A stretch of 62,067 bases of DNA, counting the filler, from Thermodesulfobacteriota bacterium (GTDB lineage Bacteria > DASVDK01): assembly GCA_036381125.1 (NCBI GenBank). It is 5 parts of 5 records of this genome, joined end to end, with 100 filler letters (N's around TTAATTAATTAA, not from the genome) between each part and the next. Parts side by side here need not be neighbours in the genome. Positions count along the whole stretch, not along the records: positions 1 to 25,451 come from DASVDK010000053.1; 4 more parts are not named here. One strand, given 5' to 3'. Below, in pieces: positions 9,898-24,977 of the stretch. The notes beneath the pieces were generated by a model, which ran no database searches, was not told where the DNA came from, and saw only the letters and a program-made list of their open reading frames with translations. Numbering within the stretch: position 1 is the first letter of the stretch; every line of letters starts with the position of its first letter. The translations under genes and the position numbers were made by a program.

Positions 9898-10487
9898 GGC
9901 TTCGAGACCTCCGGCGCGACTTCGGCCTTCCGCGTCGGCGCGACAGGGTCGGCCTGCGCGGTCATGCCCTGCAGGCTCCGCACGTAGTTGACGACGTCCC
10001 ACCGCTGCTGCTCGGTCATGCGGTACCCGTAGGCGGGCATGAGCGTCGAGAGGCTCCCGAGCCGCACGGTGGCGTAGAGGTACCCGTCGGTCCGGCCCTT
10101 GATGGCCGGGCTGTCGAGCGGCGGCGGCGGCACGAACCGCGGCGAGACGGGGCCGTCCCCCTTGCCCGACACGCCGTGGCAGGGCACGCAGAACACGTCG
10201 TACACCGCCTTGCCCCGCTCGACCGACGCCTGCGTCATCGGGACCGGGTTCTTGAGCCGCTCGGAGGCGACCATGTGCGGCAGGGCCGGCGGGTCGGGGT
10301 TCACCGGCACGCTCCCGGCCGGCGCGTCGTACGCCACCTCCTGCGGGTGGACCGAGGGCTGCAGGTACATGTCGCTCGACCAGGGGACGTTGAAGGGGCT
10401 GCTCGAGCCGACCTTCTCCTGGCAGCCCGCGAGCATCAGGGCCGCGGCGAGGGCAGCCACGGAGACGACCACGGCGTCCCTAGGCAT
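9894..10487 (-). CDS. actE: ACIII monoheme cytochrome c lipoprotein
   Basis: Lipobox LAGC, DMYLQPS, single CVPCH, MPAYG. Confidence 0.88.
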   Translation of the reverse strand: MPRDAVVVSVAALAAALMLAGCQEKVGSSSPFNVPWSSDMYLQPSVHPQEVAYDAPAGSVPVNPDPPALPHMVASERLKNPVPMTQASVERGKAVYDVFCVPCHGVSGKGDGPVSPRFVPPPPLDSPAIKGRTDGYLYATVRLGSLSTLMPAYGYRMTEQQRWDVVNYVRSLQGMTAQADPVAPTRKAEVAPEVSKP

Positions 10488-10983
10488 GGCGGACCTCCGG
10501 AGCGCCGGCCTTCTCCAGGATCTCCCGCGCGGCGGCCGCCCGGTCGGGGCTGCAGCGAACGAAGACGCCCAGCCTGTCGTTCGAGAAGGCGGGGTCGTAG
10601 GTCGTCTCGAACGCGAGCCGTGGCAGGCGCGCCGTGATGAACAGGCCGAGCACCGTGGCGAGCGAGCCGAAGAGGACGGCCACCTCGAAGGCCAGCACGG
10701 TGTACGGGATCATGTGGACCAGCGGCTTGCCCCCGACGACGAGCGGGTAGGCGATGGAGGCGTACGACGCGAGGCCGTATCCGGTGAGCGCGCCGAGGAC
10801 GCCGCCCGCGATCGTGTAGAGCCGCACCGGGCTCTCCCTCGGCTCGAGCGCCTCCTCGAGCTCGTGGCGCGGGACCGGGCTGTAGACGGTCAGGTCGGTG
10901 AACCCGGCCTTGCGGAGCTGGCGGATCGCCGTGGTCGTCGCGTCGAGGTAGGGGAAGATCCCCAGGACGCCTTGCTGCGCCAT
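10480..10983 (-). CDS. actD: ACIII subunit D (DUF3341)
   Basis: MAQQGVLGIF..VYSPVP..YPLVVGGKP..FEVAVLF. Confidence 0.88.
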   Translation of the reverse strand: MAQQGVLGIFPYLDATTTAIRQLRKAGFTDLTVYSPVPRHELEEALEPRESPVRLYTIAGGVLGALTGYGLASYASIAYPLVVGGKPLVHMIPYTVLAFEVAVLFGSLATVLGLFITARLPRLAFETTYDPAFSNDRLGVFVRCSPDRAAAAREILEKAGAPEVRHA

Positions 10984-12383
10984 CAGTGCCCCCCTCCCGC
11001 GGCCGTCCGCTCCTTCATCGGCGGCGGCAGCACCTCCTTCACCTCGGTGAGCGACACCCAGGGAAGGAACTTGATGAAGAGCAGGAAGAACATCCCGAAC
11101 CAGGCGAAGCTGCCGACCAGGATGGCCAGCTCGGTCGGGCTGATGACGTACTGCGTCCGCGAGCCGAAGGCGAACGGGACGAAGTCGTGCCCGAGCGAGA
11201 GCACGATGATGACGTAGCGCTCGAACCACATGCCGATGTTGATGACGATCGAGATGAGGAAGAGGAACGGGATGTTCCGGCGCAGCGGCTTGAACCAGAG
11301 GGTGAGCTGGGGGATGAACACGTTGCAGGTCAGCATGGTCCAGGCGCCGACGGCGTAGTCGCCGGTGAGCCGGAACCAGAACTGCCCCCGCTCGAACGGG
11401 TTGCCGCTGTACCAGGCGGTGAAGAACTCGACCGCGTACGAGAAGGCGACGATCGTGCCGGTGAAGAGGCAGAGCTTGGCCAGCGCCTCGAGGTGGTCGA
11501 CCGTGATGATCTCCTCGACCCCGAAGATCCTCCGGGCCGGGATGACCAGCGTGAGCACCATGGCGCAGCCGGAGAAGATGGCGCCGGCGACGAAGTACGG
11601 CGCGAAGATCGTCGCGTGCCACCCCGGCACGATCCCCATCGCGAAGTCCCAGGAGACGACGCTGTGCACCGAGAGGACCAGCGGCGTCGCGAAGGCCGCG
11701 AGGAACATGTAGGCCCGGCTGTAGTGGTGCCACTCCCGGTTGCTCCCCCGCCAGCCGATGGCGAGGATGCCGTAGAGGCGCCGCCGCCAGCCGGTCGACG
11801 CGTCGCGCGCGGCCGCGATGTCCGGGATCAGGCCGATCACGAAGAAGATCGCCGACACGGTGAAGTAGGTCGAGACGGCGAACACGTCCCACACGAGCGG
11901 CGACTTGAAGTTCGGCCAGACGTGGCCCTGGCTCGGGTACGGCAGGAGCCAGTAGGCCACCCACGGCCGCCCGACGTGGATCAGCGGGAAGAGCCCGGCC
12001 GTCATGACGGCGAAGACGGTCATCGCCTCGGCGACCCGGTAGACCGACGTGCGCCACCGAGCGCGGAAGAGGTAGAGGATCGCCGAGATCAGCGTGCCCG
12101 AGTGGGCGATACCGACCCAGAAGACGAAGGTCGTGATGTAGGTCGCCCACATGACGGGCGGCGCGTAGCCGGCGACGCCGAGGCCGGTCATGAGCTGGTT
12201 CGCGAACGCGATGACGCCCACCGCGAGGATCGCGAGGTCGATCAGGAAGAGGATGTACCAGCCGCGGCCGGGCGCCTTGATAGCCTGGAGAACGGTCTCG
12301 TTGACCGCCCGGTAGGACAGCCGCGACATCGTCTCGAACGTGGTCGTCTTGGGGGGCGGCGTCCCGATGGTCGTCGTAGCCAT
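10983..12383 (-). CDS. actC: ACIII quinol-binding subunit C (NrfD/PsrC family)
   Basis: FVFWVGIAHSGTLISAIL, AEAMT, HVGRPW, SPLVWDVFAVSTY, PLVLSVHSVVSWDFA. Confidence 0.93.
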   Translation of the reverse strand: MATTTIGTPPPKTTTFETMSRLSYRAVNETVLQAIKAPGRGWYILFLIDLAILAVGVIAFANQLMTGLGVAGYAPPVMWATYITTFVFWVGIAHSGTLISAILYLFRARWRTSVYRVAEAMTVFAVMTAGLFPLIHVGRPWVAYWLLPYPSQGHVWPNFKSPLVWDVFAVSTYFTVSAIFFVIGLIPDIAAARDASTGWRRRLYGILAIGWRGSNREWHHYSRAYMFLAAFATPLVLSVHSVVSWDFAMGIVPGWHATIFAPYFVAGAIFSGCAMVLTLVIPARRIFGVEEIITVDHLEALAKLCLFTGTIVAFSYAVEFFTAWYSGNPFERGQFWFRLTGDYAVGAWTMLTCNVFIPQLTLWFKPLRRNIPFLFLISIVINIGMWFERYVIIVLSLGHDFVPFAFGSRTQYVISPTELAILVGSFAWFGMFFLLFIKFLPWVSLTEVKEVLPPPMKERTAAGGGH

Positions 12384-12404
12384 GTGGGTCCTCTACCCTC
12401 TCGC

Positions 12405-15503
<3,099 letters not shown>

Positions 15504-15621
15504 ATCCCCCGTCCGACCGATGTCCGTTCCGGCGCGGCGAAGCCGCGCCCCCACTCGACCGGGGCTCCACCCCGGACCCCGCCCACCGGTGATCGGACGA
15601 GGCCCCCCGGTGCTCGGGCTC

Positions 15622-16146
15622 TCAGTAGTGACACGTCAGGCAATCGACGCTCGCCTTCTTGTTCAGCTCGTTCTCCCCATTGTGGCAGTTGATGCACCAG
15701 TTCATGGACAGCGAGCTGTACTGGTAGACGACGTCCATCTGCTCGACCGGGCCGTGGCACGTCTGGCAGGTGAAGCCGGCCTTCACGTGGCGCTTGTGGT
15801 TGAACTTCACGTGCTCCGGCAGGAAGTGGACCCGCACCCACGGGATCGGCCGCTTCTCGTTCCAGTACTTCTGGAGCTTCTGCACCTCCGGCAACTGGGC
15901 GCCGGCGATCTTGTGGCACCCCATGCACACTTCCACGGGCGGCACGTCGATCCAGGACGACTGCTCGGCGGTGTAATGACAGTACTGGCACTGGATCTGG
16001 TACTGCCCGGCGTGGATCCGGTGGCTGTACGCGATGGGCTGCGTGGGCCCTTCGGGCGGGCCCCAGATGGCGCCGGTGAGGAAGACGGCGAGGACGATCA
16101 CCGGGATGGCGACGGCCAGACCCACGCCTACACGCTGTCGTGTCAT
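15622..16146 (-). CDS. actA: ACIII pentaheme cytochrome c
   Basis: N-terminal TM helix and five CxxCH motifs (CQYCH, CMGCH, CQTCH, CINCH, CLTCH). Confidence 0.93.
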   Translation of the reverse strand: MTRQRVGVGLAVAIPVIVLAVFLTGAIWGPPEGPTQPIAYSHRIHAGQYQIQCQYCHYTAEQSSWIDVPPVEVCMGCHKIAGAQLPEVQKLQKYWNEKRPIPWVRVHFLPEHVKFNHKRHVKAGFTCQTCHGPVEQMDVVYQYSSLSMNWCINCHNGENELNKKASVDCLTCHY

Positions 16147-16459
16147 CTCGATCCCTGAGAGTCCAGTTCCGGAGGAGTCGAACGTCTTCGGAGCGCCTCG
16201 TAAGGCCCCCGCGACGCACCGGAGGCACCGGGGTGCTCAGGGGCGGTCGCCGTGCGGGCCCCCTTAGCACGGGGTCCCGTTCGGCCGCCCGGCCCGGAGC
16301 TTGTGCAACAATACACGAAGTTTGGCGCCCATGCCACAGGTAAAACAACCGGCTACAGGGTCTCCGGTGCGGCACGCACGCCATCTACCGTCCGCGCCTC
16401 GGTTTTTTCGTCTCGGACCGGGTCGGCCGGCCTCGCGAGTCCGGTCCGCGGCACGCCGC

Positions 16460-17344
16460 TCACCGTCTCGGTCCCGCGTAGCCGGACATGTCGGCCAGCT
16501 CGGCGAGGCCGAGGACCCCCTCGATCCGCCGGCCGCCGACAACCCAGGTGGGATAGCGCCGGACGTTGGCCCGCGCGCAGGTCTCCGGCCGCGCCCCCTC
16601 TCCCCTCGGGTCGCACTCCACGTACGGCAGCAGCGTCGCGGCAGGCCCGAACCGGGCCTTTTGCTCGGTGCAGGCCGGTCACCAGTAGGCGCCGTACATG
16701 ACCGCCCCCTCGGCGGCGAGGTGGCGCGCGAGGCCCTCCTGGAACGCCGTGGCGGGACGGCCGATCTCCACGTCGAAGAGGAGCCACGCACCGACGATCA
16801 CGACGGCGCCGGTGACGGCCGCGGTCCTGACGAGGGCGGCCCGATCGGGCAGCGTCGGCCCGCGAGGCGCGGCCGCCGGCCGCCGCATCCAGACCGCGGC
16901 GAAGAGCGCGACGGTCAGGAGCCCCGAGAGGAGGCACCAGCCGCACAGCGCGCGGACGACGACGACCTCCAGCCAGGTGAGGTAGAGGGAGAACGCCAGC
17001 CCGGCCGCCGTCAGCACGAAGAGCCGCCGCCACCGCCGCACGTCGATCGGGCCCGCGGCGAGCCAGAGGACGGCGGCGTAGTAGCCGACGCCCCAGAGCG
17101 CCGTCGGCAGGCCGAGGAAGGTGCCGTAACGGCTCGCCTGGACGACGTCGCAGCCGCCGCCCGCCTCGCAGAAGGCGGGCGTGGCGCCGAGCAGCCGGGA
17201 GGCGGCCAGGTATCCCGACAGCACGAGTCCTGCCGCGGCGAGCGCCGCGACGAGGAGGTCGCGCCGCGCGGGAACGGCCGCACCGGCCGCGGGCTTCCCG
17301 GCGGCGCCCACTGTCTTCGGGGCTGTTCGACGACGTCTGCTCAT
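16460..17344 (-). CDS. VKOR-thioredoxin-like fusion, candidate selenoprotein (in-frame TGA at codon 222, 16679-16681; 294 aa with read-through)
   Basis: VKOR loop CEAGGGC, S..G..LG.P and CGWC; then MYGAYW[TGA]PACTEQKARFG..LPYVECDPRG..C..VRRYPTW..GV..L.ELA.MSGY, continuing in frame to a stop at 16460-16462. Confidence 0.88.
16641..16664 (-). promoter_or_regulatory. Putative bacterial SECIS hairpin
   Basis: mRNA sense GC-AAA-AGGCCCG-GUU-CGGGCCU-GC: perfect 7-bp stem, G-initiated loop 26 nt after the UGA. Confidence 0.65.
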
Positions 17345-17455
17345 GTGTCCGTTCTCGCGCTCGTCCCGGGTCCGCGCACTGTACAGCCCGCGCGGCCCGA
17401 CGGCAACCGCGACGTGCGTGATGTCGCGGCGCGCCGAACGCGCTATAAGGCGACC

Positions 17456-18790
<1,335 letters not shown>

Positions 18791-18808
18791 GGCGGCGAGC
18801 GGTCGGGG

Positions 18809-19216
18809 TCAGAACCGGCCGCCGGGGGCGGCCCTGGGCGGGCCGAGCGTGGCCCGGTGCACGCTGAGGTGCCGCCGGCGGCGAATCGGCGTCCCGTACG
18901 TGGACTTCCAGGACACCGCCATGACGGTGCCGGGCGGGTGCTTCGCCACCGCGCGCAGGAAGGCGAGCGCGCCGGCCTCGTCGAGCGGCGGCACGAGGCG
19001 CCCGGGGTCGACCGGGGCGCCGACATCGGCGACGAACCCGTAGCGGGCGCCTCGACCCGAGGCCAGGCCGCGGAAGAAGTGGGCGCCTGGCGGCAGGCGG
19101 AACGCGGCGATGGCCGCCTCGTCGGCCGGAACCAGCCACTCCCCGTCGTCGGCCCAGCAGTCGTGCTCGGGAAGGCGGCGCGCCACGAGCATTCGGGAGA
19201 ACGTCCGAGCAGTCAC
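18809..19216 (-). CDS. Hypothetical protein (135 aa)
   Basis: Protein-like composition; TACACT 6 nt upstream of the GTG; convergent with ino1. Confidence 0.5.
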   Translation of the reverse strand: MTARTFSRMLVARRLPEHDCWADDGEWLVPADEAAIAAFRLPPGAHFFRGLASGRGARYGFVADVGAPVDPGRLVPPLDEAGALAFLRAVAKHPPGTVMAVSWKSTYGTPIRRRRHLSVHRATLGPPRAAPGGRF

Positions 19217-19285
19217 GCGGGCAGTGTAGACGACCGCGCCCGCCCCTGCCGCAGGCGCGGCACGGCCGTTGCGCGTCGAGCCGCC

Positions 19286-19702
19286 ATGCCGCCTCTACGC
19301 GACCTCGCGGCCCTGGCTTTCCTCGCCCCGTCGGCGGCCGTCGCGGCGCCTGCCGAGCGCGCGCCGGCCGTCACCGGTCCGGTGTTCGACGCCTACCTCG
19401 ACGTCCGGATTGCCGTCCGGCAAGAGGCGCCCGGCCTCGACCGGCGCCTCACCGAGGTCGAGGACGTCGCTCCGCTCGGTGGGCAGCTCGCCCCCTTCCT
19501 CGCCCGGGAGAACCTGCCGCTCGAGCAGTTCGCCCGGGCCCACCGCCTGGTCGCACGCGACGCCGGCCTTGCCGGCCGCGTCGCCGCCATCCTCGACCGG
19601 CACGGCCCGACGGCCGGCGAGCAGCCCGAGGCGCCGCCGTCGGGCGGCGCGATCGTGCCCCCTAGCGGCGACTCCCGCCCGTCCGGGCGCGATCCACGGT
19701 GA
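19286..19702 (+). CDS. Hypothetical secreted helical protein
   Basis: Signal-peptide-like N-terminus (LAALAFLAPSAAVAA); 3' end overlaps the csp gene. Confidence 0.45.
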   Translation: MPPLRDLAALAFLAPSAAVAAPAERAPAVTGPVFDAYLDVRIAVRQEAPGLDRRLTEVEDVAPLGGQLAPFLARENLPLEQFARAHRLVARDAGLAGRVAAILDRHGPTAGEQPEAPPSGGAIVPPSGDSRPSGRDPR

Positions 19703-19892
19703 CGTTCTCGGCGCGCGGCCCCCGGGCGCCCTGCCGGAGGTCGAAGGACACTTCCTCCCCGGGGCGCAGCATCTCGAACGTCACGTCCGGCGCAAGCCCC
19801 TCGCGATGAAAGAACACCTCCTCGCCGTCCGGGGTGCGGATGAACCCGAAGCCCCGGTCGTAGAGGACCGACTTGACCTGTCCCGTAGCCAT
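19662..19892 (-). CDS. Cold-shock domain protein
   Basis: MATGQVK..RGFGFI (RNP1)..VFFH (RNP2)..GPRAENV. Confidence 0.92.
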   Translation of the reverse strand: MATGQVKSVLYDRGFGFIRTPDGEEVFFHREGLAPDVTFEMLRPGEEVSFDLRQGARGPRAENVTVDRARTGGSRR

Positions 19893-20082
19893 CGTGCGAT
19901 CGGCCTCCCCTCACGTGGGTCGGGGCCGGCACCTGCGCACGGCGCGGCGCCCGCCCACCCGAGTGTGACCGGATGCACGAACGATTCCACGCAACCGGCG
20001 GGGCTGTCGCGCGACCGCTTCGAGCGGTCGCCCCGAGGACGCCCCGCGGGTGGGCCCCGCTTTTGCATCGAAGCGCTCCACC

Positions 20083-20880
20083 ATGTCCATGCCGACCTTC
20101 CCGCGTGAACCGAGCCGGAGCGAGGAGCCGACTGCTCGCGAGCTGGCGGCATTCGACCTCTTCGCCGGCCTGCCCGTTTCCCGACTCGAAACCCTTGCCG
20201 CCGCCTCGACGCGGCGGCGCTTCTCGCGAGGCGAGTGCATCTTCGCCATCGGGATGCCCGCGACCGACCTCTACCTGATCGAGCGGGGGAAGATCCGCAT
20301 CTCGCTCGTGTCGTCCACGGGCCGGACGCTCACGATCGGAATCCTCTCCCCGGGCGAGCAGTTCGGCGAGCTGTTCCTCGACTCGAAGCGCCGCGAGGCG
20401 CAGGCCGAGGCGCTGACCGACGGACAGGCGATCCTCGTGCCGCGCGGACCGTTCGAGGTGCTCCTCGCCGCCGAGGCTCGGCTCGGGATGAACCTCGGGC
20501 GCGCCCTGTCGCGCAAGCACGAGGCGGCGCTGCGCCAGCTCGACCTCCTCTCCTTCTCGAGCGCGGCCGAGCGGATCGGCCGCCTTCTCGCCTCGCTGGC
20601 CCGCGAGCACGGCGTCGGCGAGGGGCCGGCCGTGGAGATCGACCTCGACCTCACCCATCAGGACATCGCCGCCATGCTCGGCGTCTCCCGCGAGAGCGTG
20701 ACGATCGTCCTCAACCGCCTCAAGTCCCGGGGCGCGGTCGCCTACAGGGGCGACCACCTGCTCGTCGATCGCGATCGCCTCCTGTCGGCGGTGCTGAGGC
20801 CCCGCAGCGCGGCGCGCAGCGCCGAGAGCGAGCGCGACGAGGAGGCGGCTCCCCATCCCGTCGGCGAGACGCGCGGCTGA
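20083..20880 (+). CDS. Crp/Fnr family transcriptional regulator
   Basis: cNMP-binding region (LYLIERGKIRI..GEQFGE) and HTH LTHQDIAAMLGVSRESVT. Confidence 0.92.
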   Translation: MSMPTFPREPSRSEEPTARELAAFDLFAGLPVSRLETLAAASTRRRFSRGECIFAIGMPATDLYLIERGKIRISLVSSTGRTLTIGILSPGEQFGELFLDSKRREAQAEALTDGQAILVPRGPFEVLLAAEARLGMNLGRALSRKHEAALRQLDLLSFSSAAERIGRLLASLAREHGVGEGPAVEIDLDLTHQDIAAMLGVSRESVTIVLNRLKSRGAVAYRGDHLLVDRDRLLSAVLRPRSAARSAESERDEEAAPHPVGETRG

Positions 20881-20971
20881 CGCGCGGCGGGTCCCGCGCG
20901 GCGACGGGGACCCGGCGGGCGGCGGCACGCGGCCGGCGGCCGACGGCTCGGAAGGTCGAGGAGCAGGCCTC

Positions 20972-21904
20972 TTGCCGGCCGCGCGGCGGGGCACGGGGAT
21001 CATCTACGCGGCCATGGGGGCGAACCTCGCCATCGCGGCGGCCAAGTTCGCCGCCTACGGCGCGAGCGGGTCGGCCGCCCTCCTCTCCGAAGGCTTCCAC
21101 TCCGTCGCCGACACGTTCAACCAGGTCTTCCTGCTCCTGGGCGTCTACCTGCAGCATCGCCCCCCCACCGAGGAGCACCCCTTCGGCTTCGGCCGCGAGC
21201 GGTTCTTCTGGTCCTTCTGCGCGGCGATCTTCATCTTCGTGGGCGGAGCCGTCGCCTCGCTCTACGAAGGGATCCAGCGCTGGGGGCACCAGCCGTCCGC
21301 GGTCGCGGAGAGCCACTTCTGGGCCTACCTCACCCTCGCGGCCGCCTTCCTCTTCGAGCTGGCGTCCTGGGCCGTGGCGGTCCGCGAGATCCGCCACGTC
21401 GCCCGCGAGGAGAGATGGGGCTTCCTCGAGACCGTGAAGCGGTCGAAGGACCCGACGATCAAGACGGTGCTCTACGAGGACTCCGTGGCCCTGACCGGCG
21501 TCGTCGTGGCGGCGGTGGGGATCTGGCTCTCCGAGCGGACGAGCGAGCCGCGGTTCGACGCCGCCGGCTCGATCGTCATCGGGGCGCTCCTGGCGATCAT
21601 GGCGTTCGTGCTGGCGGCGCAGACCCGCTCGCTGCTGCTCGGCGAGGCGGCCTCCGCCGAGGACCGGGCGCGCATCCGCCGGGCGATCGAGCGCACGCCG
21701 GGGATCGAGAGGGTCGTCGAGGTGCTGACGGTCCACATCGCGCCCGAGCAGGTCATCGTGTCCGGCCACGTCGTCATGGCGCCGAGCCTGTCCGGGCTGG
21801 ACGTCGCCCGGCGCATCGAGGCGGCGGAGACGGCGGTGCGGGCCGCCGTCCCCGAAGTGTCGAAGATCTTCCTCGAAGCGGAAGTGCCGGGCCGTCGAGA
21901 GTGA
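20972..21904 (+). CDS. Cation diffusion facilitator family transporter
   Basis: SEGFHSVADT.NQ, HPFGFGRERFFW, YEDSVA; GAGGAG upstream of the TTG start. Confidence 0.92.
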   Translation: MPAARRGTGIIYAAMGANLAIAAAKFAAYGASGSAALLSEGFHSVADTFNQVFLLLGVYLQHRPPTEEHPFGFGRERFFWSFCAAIFIFVGGAVASLYEGIQRWGHQPSAVAESHFWAYLTLAAAFLFELASWAVAVREIRHVAREERWGFLETVKRSKDPTIKTVLYEDSVALTGVVVAAVGIWLSERTSEPRFDAAGSIVIGALLAIMAFVLAAQTRSLLLGEAASAEDRARIRRAIERTPGIERVVEVLTVHIAPEQVIVSGHVVMAPSLSGLDVARRIEAAETAVRAAVPEVSKIFLEAEVPGRRE

Positions 21905-21977
21905 ACGCGCCTCCCGCCCGGCACGCGTGCCGTCCGGGCACCGCGCCGGTCGGGGGCCGCGGCCCGACAGCCCGACC

Positions 21978-22937
21978 CTACGGCGCCACGCAGGGGTTCT
22001 CGAGGACGCCGAGGCGGGAGATCTCGAGGCGGCAGACGTCGCCCGGCTTGAGGAAGACCGGCGGCTTGCGCGCGAAGCCGACCCCCCCGGGCGTGCCGGT
22101 GGGGATCAGGTCCCCGGGCTCGAGCGTGAGGGCCGTCGACACGTAGGCGATCGTCTGCCAGACGTTGAAGATGAGCTGGCGCGTGTTCGACCGCTGCATC
22201 GTCTGGCCGTTCAGCGTGAGCGTCACGTCGAGCACGTGCGGGTCGCCGACCTCGTCCGCCGTGACGAGCGCCGGCCCGCAGGGGGCGAACGTGTCGAAGT
22301 TCTTGCCCGAGGCCCACTGGCTCGTGTGGAACTGCCAGTCGCGGGCGGAGACGTCGTTGAGGATCGTGTAGCCGGCGACGTACTCGGCCGCCTTCGACTC
22401 GGGCACGTTGCGCGCTCGCTTGCCGATGACGACGCAGAGTTCGATCTCGTAATCCACCTGCTGCGAAACGGCCGGCAGGACGATGGGATCACCCGATCCG
22501 ACGAGCGTCGTCGCCCACTTGGGGAAGAGGATCGGCCGTTCGGGCGCCTTCATCCCGGTCTCGGCCGCATGGTCCTTGTAGTTCAGCCCGAGACAGACGA
22601 TCTTCCTCGGGTCGGGCACCGGGGGGCGCAGCCGCACCCCGGCCAGCGGGAAGAGGATGCCTGCCTGGGCGAGCGCCTCGCGCCCCCGGCCGCTGGCCGC
22701 CTCGCGCTCGGCCGCCGCGAGCGCCTCGCGGGCGCGCCCCATGGCCGCATCGCCCCCCTCGAGGAACGCTCGCATGGCGGGCGGCACGAGGACGTCCGCC
22801 AGCACATCGGCTCGCGGCTCCCCGCCTTCGTGGAGCATCAGGCGGTACATCCGGTTCAGGTCGACCACGTCGTCCCGGACGAGTCCGCCCAGGCGCGCCT
22901 CGGTACGCTGCCCCTCCGAGTAGGTGACGAGCTTCAT
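21978..22937 (-). CDS. Fumarylacetoacetate hydrolase family protein
   Basis: KIVCLGLNYKDHA, DYEIEL, NDVSARD, GKNFDTF, TGTPGGVG. Confidence 0.93.
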   Translation of the reverse strand: MKLVTYSEGQRTEARLGGLVRDDVVDLNRMYRLMLHEGGEPRADVLADVLVPPAMRAFLEGGDAAMGRAREALAAAEREAASGRGREALAQAGILFPLAGVRLRPPVPDPRKIVCLGLNYKDHAAETGMKAPERPILFPKWATTLVGSGDPIVLPAVSQQVDYEIELCVVIGKRARNVPESKAAEYVAGYTILNDVSARDWQFHTSQWASGKNFDTFAPCGPALVTADEVGDPHVLDVTLTLNGQTMQRSNTRQLIFNVWQTIAYVSTALTLEPGDLIPTGTPGGVGFARKPPVFLKPGDVCRLEISRLGVLENPCVAP

Positions 22938-23016
22938 CCGCATCTCCCTCAAAGAGTGGTGTGGCAAGACTGTAGCAGCCGCCGGCCGGCCCGTGGGCCC
23001 GCGTATAATCCCCGGG

Positions 23017-24041
<1,025 letters not shown>

Positions 24042-24045
<4 letters not shown>

Positions 24046-24977
24046 ACCTCCACCGGCTGCGCGTCTTCCGGGCCGTGGCCGAGCGGATGAGCTTCTCGGC
24101 CGCCGCCGAGCAGCTCTACCTCACGCAGCCGGCCGTGAGCCTCCAGGTGCGCGCGCTCGAGCGGAGCCTCGGGGTGCGGCTCTTCGATCGCACCGGCGGC
24201 CGGCTGGCGCTCACGCCGGCCGGCGAGGCGCTGCTCCGGTCGGCCGCGACCATCCTCAACGCGGAGGACGAGGCGCGCCGGGTCATCGACGAGCTCAGGG
24301 GGGCGTCGGCCGGCCGGCTCATCGTGGCGGCCAACACGACCGGTGGGATGTACCTCGTCCCGCGGCTCATCGCCGCCTTCCGCGCCGAGGCGCCCAGGGT
24401 GCAGATCGACCTCGACGTCGACGCGACCGATCGGATCTGCGAGCGGGTGGCACAGGGCATGGTGGACCTCGGCTTCGTCGGCGGGCCGCTCGAGGACCGC
24501 CGCCTCGCGGTCGAGCCGGTCGTCGACGACCGCCTGGTGCTCATCGCGTCGCCGGCGAACCCGCTGGCGCGGCGGGGGCGCCGGCGGCTCTCGCTCGACC
24601 GCCTCGCGGCCGAGCCGCTGATCGTGCCGGAGCCGGCCTCCCGCACGCGGCTCCTCGTCGAGCGGCGGCTGCGGGAGGCGGGCCTCCCCTTCCGGCCGGC
24701 GGCGCAGATGGTCGGGACCGAGGCGGTCAAGAAGGCGGTCGAGGCGAACCTCGGCGTCGCCTTCGTGTCGAGCTACGCCGTCGAGGGCGAGCTCGCCCTC
24801 GGCCGCCTCGTCCGCGTCGAGCTGGACGGCTTCGCGATCGTCCGCCCGATCGTCATGGTCCACCGCAGCGAGCGGTACTTCACGCCCGCGGCGCTCCGCT
24901 TCCGCGAGTTCGTGCGGGCGCGGGCGCAGGCGCTGGCCGGCACGCCGGGCCGCCGGCGGCCGCGGCGCCAGCCGTAG
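24042..24977 (+). CDS. LysR family regulator (CysL/CmpR-like)
   Basis: SFSAAAEQLYLTQPAVSLQVRALE HTH; TEAVKKAVEANLG. Confidence 0.92.

Noticed and set aside
16679-16681. Reading the TGA as a true stop or pseudogene lesion
   Set aside because: It falls exactly on the catalytic Cys column, the downstream domain is intact and a SECIS-like hairpin follows. A nonsense mutation is less parsimonious, though not excluded without selABC evidence.
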